From the IMG/VR virus record IMGVR_UViG_3300032305_001849, positions 1 through 33,717 of that record: a stretch of DNA of 33,717 bases; one strand, given 5' to 3'. The DNA is from a virus. Lineage: Duplodnaviria > Caudoviricetes. Made by a program: the position numbers and the translations under genes. Of this stretch, positions 1-6,998 are shown one piece after another. Under the pieces are notes generated by a model. That model was not told the origin of the DNA. It saw only the letters and a list, made by a program, of their open reading frames with translations, and did not search any database. Each line of letters starts with the position of its first letter. The stretch's first letter is position 1.

Positions 1-317
1 GTAAGTTGCTCAGGTGTAAAACATTTAATTTTTAATGTTGCCATTCTTAATGTTCCCCTATTTGCAAAGTCAATTGAAAAATCTGTAATGATTGGATTTG
101 GTCGATATTTCATTTCCGATGTAGTATCATATGAAGGATTTCCTCCTCCAAATATACTATCATACTTACCACTTGATAATGTAAATTGACCTCCTAAATT
201 AGAAGTTGCTGAAATCCAAGGTACTAGACGTGAAACCTTTATCGGGTCTATTCTAGCCTCCAATTCCTTTACAATATAATCATCTATTGATTTGTACCAC
301 GGAAACCCTACTGCCAT
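1..317 (-). CDS. Partial CDS (N-terminus; runs off left edge), probable baseplate hub protein
   Basis: Not in the ORF track. The ATG at 317 opens a frame reading MAVGFPWYKSIDDYIVKELEARID...RPNPIITDFSIDFANRGTLRMATLKIKCFTPEQL to the window edge. Its position after the LysM baseplate gene fits a hub protein; the function is inferred from synteny. Confidence 0.55.
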   Translation of the reverse strand, partial: MAVGFPWYKSIDDYIVKELEARIDPIKVSRLVPWISATSNLGGQFTLSSGKYDSIFGGGNPSYDTTSEMKYRPNPIITDFSIDFANRGTLRMATLKIKCFTPEQL

Positions 318-321
318 AATT

Positions 322-600
322 TTATAAATTATTTATTATCAAAAACTTATCTTTTGGAATTCTTAATTGAATACCAGCTTTAACTCCTATATTTACACCA
401 TTCAAATTATTTGCCTGTGCAATAATCCACCATAATCTACTATCGTTATAAAATTGATTAGCTAACAAATCTAATCTATCCGAATCCTGTGTGATAATAT
501 AGATATCATCATCTCTTTTTTCAATGGTAGTTGGAATATTAGTTTTCAATACTTTCTTACCATTTGCCAATTTCTTTGTTTCTATTTTTTCGTATCTCAT
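322..600 (-). CDS. LysM-domain baseplate protein (T4 gp53 / P2 gpX-like), 92 aa
   Basis: YIITQDSDRLDLLANQFYNDSRLWWIIAQAN...GIQLRIP is a typical phage baseplate LysM motif. The start is reassigned to ATG 600 (MRYEKIET), one base after the upstream TAA; the track's 684 start overlaps the previous gene. Confidence 0.85.
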   Translation of the reverse strand: MRYEKIETKKLANGKKVLKTNIPTTIEKRDDDIYIITQDSDRLDLLANQFYNDSRLWWIIAQANNLNGVNIGVKAGIQLRIPKDKFLIINNL

Positions 601-601
601 A

Positions 602-2548
602 TTAAATAGTATTTTTATTAGCACTCTTACTAATAGGTTTACCATATCCATAAAGATTATCCTGAGTTGTATTTCTCGATTCAATAAATGTTAATCCTAT
701 TGATGCATTAATTATCTTAGGTAACTTATAGTGGTCCATATTTAAATCACCTGAATTATAAGTAATGGTGTTTTCTTTTGACTTAATATTAGAACTATTT
801 GTTCCTTTATTATATACTTCATTATTCTCTACTTCAAACTTACCAGTTTTCTTAGTTTTGAATGTAGCTCCAATTGATAATAGATTAGAACTATTATTCG
901 CTCCAACACTAAATTTATTATTAAAATCAACGAATCTACCCGCTTTTGTTTTTATTTTATCACCACCCAATTCCCATAGATTTTCAGATTCATCTATTGA
1001 ATATGATAAACTATCTATAAAACAAACTTTATCAATATATAAATTACCAAATGTAAAGTATATAAGTGTAGGTTGAAATATACCAGCTGAAGTATAAGAA
1101 TCTGGATATGTACAATGTGAAATAAATTCTAGTCTTCTCCACATTAATACTAACTCAGGTTGAGACATTGCATAACTCTTAAAATTAAAAGTTAACTTTC
1201 TTTCTACACTCGTAAAGTTATAAAAATTAAAAGGATGACCTAACATTCTACTCGAATCCCATCCAGGTGAAAATGTTTCATTAAACCCTGTTACTACTGA
1301 ACGTACATAAACTGCACTACCATCGTTTACTTTTTGAAAACGTAATGGTATTAAATCTACTTCAGAAATATCAGTTCCGTTTATTTTGGTAGTTTGTAAT
1401 TCTGATTCCGTAAGTCTACCCGTTTGGTTTAATATATCTCTATCCGTATATAATCCTCTTCTTTTACCCAATTGATTGTTAAAAACAGTATCTTTGTTAT
1501 GAATAGATGTTCTAGTAGTATCCTTTGAATATCTTGTTATTTGTTTTTGTTTTAATGTAGCGGGTTTTAAAAATTCTAATAGTTTATTATTTTTAAGTTT
1601 ACCTTCTACTAATGCAGCTGAACCTGTTGCATAGGGTTTAATTGGTGAATTATATTTATCAACTAAATCCTTTTGAGTAGGTTCTCCAAATTTTTGATTT
1701 GCACTACCATCCGATAGAGTAAACCCATATACGGATTTATTAGCAAATCTAAGTTGTCCAAACTTTCCATCTTTTCTTTGTAAACCACTTATAGGTGATA
1801 CTAATGTTATATCAAGTTGTTGTTTGGAATCAGGTTGAATCAAAGCCTCCATTGAGCCTTGATATGTATTTTTATGATAATACTTTGTCACAAACCCATC
1901 CAAACTACCTGTTGTAATAGGTACAACTTTTTCTTTTCCAATAAGTGCATCTCTTACAACTCCTTTAGCTAATGTTAATCCACCACCAATAACTCTTTTA
2001 GAAGCCTGTTGAGGAGTTCCTGTTCCAGTATCCTTTAAATATCTACCTATTAAACTACCCGCTGCATCTTTTCTAATTTCAGATAATGTTTCCAATTTTC
2101 TAGGTGCTGCTTCATCCGCAAATTTTGGGTTAGCTCTTAATGCAGATGGATATATTGTTTTAGGTATTCCTAAAAAATTATTAATTTTATTTGAAAGATT
2201 ATTTGGTTCAAATAGTTGAATAAGGTTTACATTACCTTCGTTTGTTCTCGCTGCTTTAAATGCGTTTACGGTATCCGTTGATTGATTTGTTATTCTAATC
2301 AAATCCGTGCCATACAAAGCAACCTGATTTACAAATGTTCTAACTCTCAATCCAGTTGTTTCCTGCTCAAATGCAGTTTCTCTTAACGGGTCAGATGTTC
2401 CCAATGCGTTTCCAAAGAAATTACCAACCCTATTGTTTCTATCAATAAGAAATTGCCCCTCTTGTGGTTTTCCACTTTTGGCTTTTTCTTGAGGTATTTG
2501 TCTCGATACCTTATTACTTTCAAACAATTCTAATATTGATTTTCCCAT
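602..2548 (-). CDS. Baseplate tail-tube initiator-like protein with long N-terminal extension, 648 aa
   Basis: The C-terminal part (IPLRF...GFNETFSPGW...GHPFNFYNFTSVERKLTFNF...MWRRLEFISHCTYP...FTFGNLY) resembles tube-fold initiator proteins. It lies between the tape measure and LysM genes. Confidence 0.6.
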   Translation of the reverse strand: MGKSILELFESNKVSRQIPQEKAKSGKPQEGQFLIDRNNRVGNFFGNALGTSDPLRETAFEQETTGLRVRTFVNQVALYGTDLIRITNQSTDTVNAFKAARTNEGNVNLIQLFEPNNLSNKINNFLGIPKTIYPSALRANPKFADEAAPRKLETLSEIRKDAAGSLIGRYLKDTGTGTPQQASKRVIGGGLTLAKGVVRDALIGKEKVVPITTGSLDGFVTKYYHKNTYQGSMEALIQPDSKQQLDITLVSPISGLQRKDGKFGQLRFANKSVYGFTLSDGSANQKFGEPTQKDLVDKYNSPIKPYATGSAALVEGKLKNNKLLEFLKPATLKQKQITRYSKDTTRTSIHNKDTVFNNQLGKRRGLYTDRDILNQTGRLTESELQTTKINGTDISEVDLIPLRFQKVNDGSAVYVRSVVTGFNETFSPGWDSSRMLGHPFNFYNFTSVERKLTFNFKSYAMSQPELVLMWRRLEFISHCTYPDSYTSAGIFQPTLIYFTFGNLYIDKVCFIDSLSYSIDESENLWELGGDKIKTKAGRFVDFNNKFSVGANNSSNLLSIGATFKTKKTGKFEVENNEVYNKGTNSSNIKSKENTITYNSGDLNMDHYKLPKIINASIGLTFIESRNTTQDNLYGYGKPISKSANKNTI

Positions 2549-2550
2549 TA

Positions 2551-5049
2551 TTATGTTATTGGATTTCTAACTGCATTTGCTGCAATTTTTGCATTCATTC
2601 TTTGACCATCGATATTAACTGCAATTTTACCGGCAGCCAAATCCGCTCTCATCCCTTGCATTTCAGCAATCAATGCACTAACTAATGCCGATGTTCCATC
2701 TCCACCTCCAATTTGCCCAGCTAATGCCGAAGGGTTTTTAGATGCAATTAAGAAATCTGCGGGGTCAGTTGATATAACATTTCCATTTTGTAAAACACCA
2801 TCATTAACGGATTCCATAGGAGCAGCCGCTGCTGATTGAACTTCTGATGCAGATGAACCGGTTGCACCTCCCAAAAATCTTTTAGCCCAATCTGGTAACA
2901 TATCCATAAAAAACGCTGTGATTTGACCACCGATACTACTGAACCAACCTGATATCGCTCCCATTAAAGTTGGGAACATACCCATCAATGTTTCAAATAT
3001 TGCAACCGGTAATCTAAATACCCATCCTAATACACCTTTAAGACCCTGCCCAAGCCCCTCCATTACCATTCCAAAATCCAAAGTAAATATACCTTTTACG
3101 ATTTTAAATATACCACCTATCATATCCGCTACCGAACTAACTACCCCTGCTATAAAATTAAAAGCAAACACAAGAGACCCACCTACTATTTTACCTATAA
3201 ATTCAAATACCTTCATTATCGCGCCACCTCCATCTGAACCGAATAATTCTTTAAACGGTTCAAATACTCTGCCTACTGCATCAACAACCTTCCCAATAGC
3301 GGTTGCAATAGGCCCCCATACTCCTTTTAGATATGATATACCAACTGTTAAAGTATCCATTAAGAATTTACCAATTGGCATCAATGCCGTCATAAATTCA
3401 CTTCCTATTGCGTTCAATGCGTTTGCTGATTTATCAAACTCGGTTTGCATTTCCTGTTGTAAAGCCAATTCTTTACCTTTAGCCTCCAAATCCGCTTCAG
3501 TTACTTTACTCAAATCCTTTCCGGCATCAAGATATGCATGAGCTGCTGCTAATTTATCTTTATCTAAACTTCCAAATTCTTTTTGAATTCGTTGCATATT
3601 AATCAACTCGTCAATCTCTTTACCAGTTGCTTTTGCCAATGCTTCTTTTGAGTACATATCCATTTTATTGATATCACCCACCTTCATCATTTGCTCCATT
3701 ATAGCCTGTTCTTGAGCGTATTGGTCACCTGCAAATGCCGCTGCTCTAGCTTTCTCTAAGTTTATATCAGCTCCTAACATTGCACTTGCTTCCAATTCAT
3801 TTGCAATGCTACTTTCAAAATCTAATAATGCTTCGGATGATTTAGCCGCACTTTCTAATGAAGAACCCATTTGTGCTAAACTAACCGCAGATTTAGCTAA
3901 TTGTTGAGGAGAACCTCTGAAATATTTTAATGCTACTCCACTATTATCAGCAATATCTTTAATTACTTTTGATGGTGCAACACCCGCTAACTTACTCATC
4001 TCAACAACTTGCATTGTCATATATCCAGCTGCAGCCTGTGAAAGTCCTCCTAAGTTCTGCATTACCTTATTAACTTTGGCCGCCTCTTCAACCCCTACTC
4101 CAAAGTTTTTATTCATTACTACCAATGATGCTACAGTTGCATCGGTAGGTTGTTGAAGGCCATCAAATGCCTGAGAAAATGAACTTGCTGCCTTAGAAAC
4201 ATCTTCCATAGATGCTCCTAATGGTGCAGTTGCACTATATACTCTTCCAATTTGGGCTTCCAATCCTACGGTTTGTGAATTCAATAAACCCGTTTCTTCT
4301 CTAAATTGTTTAGCCGCGGCACTCATTTTATAAAAAGCATACACACCTGCTAATGCTACCGCTAAAACTGCCGCTGCTAATAACACATAAGGATTTGCAA
4401 GAAAGGATAATGATTTACCTAACCCACCAGCTGCACCCGTCAATGCTTCCATAGTACCCTTACCTGCATCTAATCCTGCTCTAAAGTCAGTAGTAAATTT
4501 CATTGCTGCATTGGTCAATTTTTCTTTCAATACCTTAGTTCCCATTTCACCCAGTGAACCTAATGCTTTACCAATTACAGGTATTTCTTTTACGTTTGCA
4601 ACCAATCCATCGAACATCCCACCCATTGTTTCGGATAGTTTTGTGGCAGCTTCGTTTACTTTTTCAGTTAATAATACTTTTTGTTCTTCTATCCTTAAAG
4701 ACCGTTTAGCAATATCGTTTTGTGCTAATAATTCAGTTTTTTCAGCAGCTGATAAACCGGATGAGGCACTTTGTATATCTAATCTATCTTTATCAAGTTG
4801 AACTAATAGTTTACTAATATCCTTTGATGATGATAATTGACTTACTGAAGATTTTAAATCATTTAAATATGTTTTTGCTTTATCACCTAATGCAGCATTA
4901 TTATTAACAGCATCTTCTAAATCCTGTTGAATTGCCTTATTAAGAGATGAGGACATTTTTAGGGCTTCATTATAATCTTCTTGAAGACGAACTTGTTCCC
5001 TTTGTTTATCCGCCATATCTTTGGCAAATCTTAAATCTTGCTGGCTCAT
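2551..5049 (-). CDS. Tail tape measure protein, 832 aa
   Basis: Ala/Gly/Leu/Met-rich helical protein with a hydrophobic segment (YVLLAAAVLAVALAGVYAFY), the motif LLDFESSIANELEASAMLG, aromatic-spaced amphipathic repeats and a C-terminal VNIDG. It lies downstream of the tube and chaperone genes. Confidence 0.88.
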   Translation of the reverse strand: MSQQDLRFAKDMADKQREQVRLQEDYNEALKMSSSLNKAIQQDLEDAVNNNAALGDKAKTYLNDLKSSVSQLSSSKDISKLLVQLDKDRLDIQSASSGLSAAEKTELLAQNDIAKRSLRIEEQKVLLTEKVNEAATKLSETMGGMFDGLVANVKEIPVIGKALGSLGEMGTKVLKEKLTNAAMKFTTDFRAGLDAGKGTMEALTGAAGGLGKSLSFLANPYVLLAAAVLAVALAGVYAFYKMSAAAKQFREETGLLNSQTVGLEAQIGRVYSATAPLGASMEDVSKAASSFSQAFDGLQQPTDATVASLVVMNKNFGVGVEEAAKVNKVMQNLGGLSQAAAGYMTMQVVEMSKLAGVAPSKVIKDIADNSGVALKYFRGSPQQLAKSAVSLAQMGSSLESAAKSSEALLDFESSIANELEASAMLGADINLEKARAAAFAGDQYAQEQAIMEQMMKVGDINKMDMYSKEALAKATGKEIDELINMQRIQKEFGSLDKDKLAAAHAYLDAGKDLSKVTEADLEAKGKELALQQEMQTEFDKSANALNAIGSEFMTALMPIGKFLMDTLTVGISYLKGVWGPIATAIGKVVDAVGRVFEPFKELFGSDGGGAIMKVFEFIGKIVGGSLVFAFNFIAGVVSSVADMIGGIFKIVKGIFTLDFGMVMEGLGQGLKGVLGWVFRLPVAIFETLMGMFPTLMGAISGWFSSIGGQITAFFMDMLPDWAKRFLGGATGSSASEVQSAAAAPMESVNDGVLQNGNVISTDPADFLIASKNPSALAGQIGGGDGTSALVSALIAEMQGMRADLAAGKIAVNIDGQRMNAKIAANAVRNPIT

Positions 5050-5071
5050 ACTATATTATTAATATTCTAAA

Positions 5072-5323
5072 TTATTTTATATTTAAAATTGCTTTATATG
5101 AATTAGGGATTGGTTTCCCTTGAGCTTTTAATCTCTCTACCTCATCTCTAAGTTCCTGCATATCTCTATCTAATTTAGATGCCATTGCCATAAAATCAGA
5201 ATCTTTCTTCAGTTTGTTTACAAGAACTTTCCCAAAAATATAATCAATTATACCTTCTCGCATAGAATGTTTCTTACTTATAAACTCTTTTATACGGGTT
5301 TTCTTTTCTTCAGTTAATTTCAT
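5072..5323 (-). CDS. Hypothetical protein, 83 aa (helical, charged)
   Basis: Clean ATG..TAA ORF filling the gap, preceded by the recurring ATATTTATA motif at 5345-5353. Confidence 0.75.
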   Translation of the reverse strand: MKLTEEKKTRIKEFISKKHSMREGIIDYIFGKVLVNKLKKDSDFMAMASKLDRDMQELRDEVERLKAQGKPIPNSYKAILNIK

Positions 5324-5344
5324 AATGTTCTATTATTATACTAT

Positions 5345-5353
5345 TATAAATAT
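5345..5353 (-). promoter_or_regulatory. Putative late promoter motif ATATTTATA (copy 1)
   Basis: The plus strand reads TATAAATAT, 22 nt upstream of ATG 5323 and just downstream of a terminator. Confidence 0.7.
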
Positions 5354-5359
5354 CATTAT

Positions 5360-5390
5360 AAAAAAAATGAGAGTTAAAGATTAACTCTCA
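5360..5390 (-). terminator. Intrinsic terminator overlapping the stop of the second chaperone ORF
   Basis: The minus strand reads TGAGAGTTAA-TCT-TTAACTCTCA (perfect 10-bp stem) followed by T8. Confidence 0.8.
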
Positions 5391-5613
5391 CTTTAGATAG
5401 ATTCGGCCCTTTTGATGGGCCTTTACTTTTTGATACCTTTTCGTTTTGTTCTTTTTCAGTTTTCTTAGATTGTATTAACTTATTATAATAGAAATTTCTT
5501 ATATGAACGGGCATCTGATAAACATCCGAATATATAAAACCATTTCCATAATAACACAAATCAAATATCTGACTGTGTATCAATATTGAATAATTAGTCG
5601 GCAGGCCAAAAAA
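5374..5613 (-). CDS. Second tail assembly chaperone segment, probably expressed as a frameshift fusion with 5594..6355
   Basis: The frame is open from the T7 run and reads FFGLPTNYSILIHSQIFDLCYYGNGFIYSDVYQMPVHIRNFYYNKL... It has no ATG near its 5' end (only TTG at 5583). The 'VYxMPxxxRxFY' motif resembles small C-terminal tail chaperone segments. Confidence 0.7.
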   Translation of the reverse strand, partial: FFGLPTNYSILIHSQIFDLCYYGNGFIYSDVYQMPVHIRNFYYNKLIQSKKTEKEQNEKVSKSKGPSKGPNLSKVRVNL

Positions 5614-6355
5614 AGCCTACGCCCATTGGAATCGAGCGTACCTCCTTTTCTCCTGTCTCAGGGTTTTCATATTCAAATTCCATTTTTACATCAGGAGAAA
5701 TACTCTTAATATGTTCTCTAAATGCTCTAGTATCTTTAGATAAAAATCTATTATTGATAAAATCTATAATTGATTTAGTATCCTCTTTACCATCTACCGA
5801 AACAATCATATAACGATATCTAGTAGTTAATTCCGAACTTACTCCTCCTTTGTTAAATTTAGCCAATGCTTTAATATCTTCATCAATCTTTTGCTCATCT
5901 CCATGTGATAATAATTTGAATACTAAATTATTCCCAGATGTAGTAGTATAGGGATATCGATTATCTCTTCTCAATTTAGTTAAATCAATATCCTTAGTTT
6001 GAACTTTTGATAAATCTACATCTATTTTTTCTTTTTCTCCATCATCATTAGTAAGTTCAATTGAATATAAAGGCCCATATCCTAAAATACGAGTAGCTAA
6101 CATAATAGCATTCTTATCACCTATTAGGATTTCATTTATATCAACATCCTTATCTACTACAATCGATTCAAATAGTTTGTTTAATACAATACCTTTTTTA
6201 ATTAAGTTCTGTGATGTAAGAATTTCTTCCTCCTTAGCTGTCATATACTTAATCTCTATTGTACCCTTTGATAATGGGGATGATTCTGGGTATGCTTTAC
6301 CCTCAGATGGAAGTGTTATAACTTCCGTTGGAAAATCGTATTTACTTTCTGCCAT
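5594..6355 (-). CDS. Tail assembly chaperone (family often annotated as T4 gp26-like baseplate hub assembly protein), 253 aa
   Basis: Motifs LPSEGKAYP, IKYMTAKEEEILTS, GDKNAIMLATRILGYG and terminal FFWP. It sits between the tube and tape measure genes. Confidence 0.75.
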   Translation of the reverse strand: MAESKYDFPTEVITLPSEGKAYPESSPLSKGTIEIKYMTAKEEEILTSQNLIKKGIVLNKLFESIVVDKDVDINEILIGDKNAIMLATRILGYGPLYSIELTNDDGEKEKIDVDLSKVQTKDIDLTKLRRDNRYPYTTTSGNNLVFKLLSHGDEQKIDEDIKALAKFNKGGVSSELTTRYRYMIVSVDGKEDTKSIIDFINNRFLSKDTRAFREHIKSISPDVKMEFEYENPETGEKEVRSIPMGVGFFWPAD

Positions 6356-6376
6356 AATAATAACTTATTGTTTGTA

Positions 6377-6385
6377 TATAAATAT
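6377..6385 (-). promoter_or_regulatory. Putative late promoter motif ATATTTATA (copy 2)
   Basis: 22 nt upstream of ATG 6355 and just downstream of the tube-gene terminator. Confidence 0.7.
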
Positions 6386-6402
6386 ATATATCTTAAATTT
6401 TC

Positions 6403-6438
6403 AAAAAACAAAAAACCCCCACCATTTCTGATGAGGGC
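6403..6438 (-). terminator. Intrinsic terminator after tail tube gene
   Basis: The minus strand reads CCCTCATCA-GAAA-TGGTGGGGG (9-bp stem with two G-U pairs, GNRA loop) followed by TTTTTTGTTTTTT. Confidence 0.88.
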
Positions 6439-6470
6439 TGTCCTTCGGTAGCATCCGTAAGGAATATTTT

Positions 6471-6962
6471 TTAGAATTCTAAGATTGCGTAATCATAAGT
6501 AAGTTCTAATACAATTGTAGTAGGGTCAGTAGCATTACTCCAATCCAAATCACCAAAGTTAGCTGAAGTGATAAATGCTCCTTTTAGTTTCCACTGCTCA
6601 ATCTTATCACCTACTGGACCTAACATATAGAAATCCACATCCTTCTTATAGAATTCTGCGTATCCATCTCTACCTGTTAATGATTCATGTGATGTTCTCA
6701 CCCACTCCATTACCGCTTGTGCTCCAGAAGGAACAATTGGGTCATAAAGTGTAATCTCCAATGTAGACCAATCACCTTTTCCTTTTAACTTTCTTTTGAT
6801 GTTAATATGGTCTAAAACCACAGGTTCAAAAGTGATTGTAGGTCTGTTTCCAGCTTTCACTAAATATGAAGGGATACCATCTATTTCGAAGATGAATCTA
6901 TTTTTCATCTTTGGTTCGAAATTGGTATAAAACATTTCGTTAAATTCTAATACTTCTGCCAT
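6471..6962 (-). CDS. Tail tube protein (T4 gp19-like), 163 aa
   Basis: FEPKMKNRF, KLKGKGDWSTLEITLYDPI, GRDGYAEFYKKD, EQWKLKGAFITSANFGDLDW, LTYDYA. It directly follows the sheath gene. Confidence 0.93.
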   Translation of the reverse strand: MAEVLEFNEMFYTNFEPKMKNRFIFEIDGIPSYLVKAGNRPTITFEPVVLDHINIKRKLKGKGDWSTLEITLYDPIVPSGAQAVMEWVRTSHESLTGRDGYAEFYKKDVDFYMLGPVGDKIEQWKLKGAFITSANFGDLDWSNATDPTTIVLELTYDYAILEF

Positions 6963-6977
6963 TTTTTATTTCTTTTA

Positions 6978-6986
6978 TATAAATAT
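6978..6986 (-). promoter_or_regulatory. Putative late promoter motif ATATTTATA (copy 3)
   Basis: In the 36-nt sheath-tube gap, 16 nt upstream of ATG 6962. Confidence 0.7.
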
Positions 6987-6998
6987 CAGTTATCTAAA

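Noticed and set aside
601-684. N-terminal extension of the 322..684 ORF
   Set aside because: It overlaps the upstream gene by more than 80 nt; ATG 600 right after the upstream stop is the better start.
2748-2930. 60-aa minus-strand ORF
   Set aside because: It is nested out of frame inside the tape measure gene, with no supporting signals.
5578-5615. Classical -1 frameshift at the chaperone T7 run
   Set aside because: The -1 frame reaches TGA after about 12 codons; only the +1/-2 frame joins the downstream ORF.
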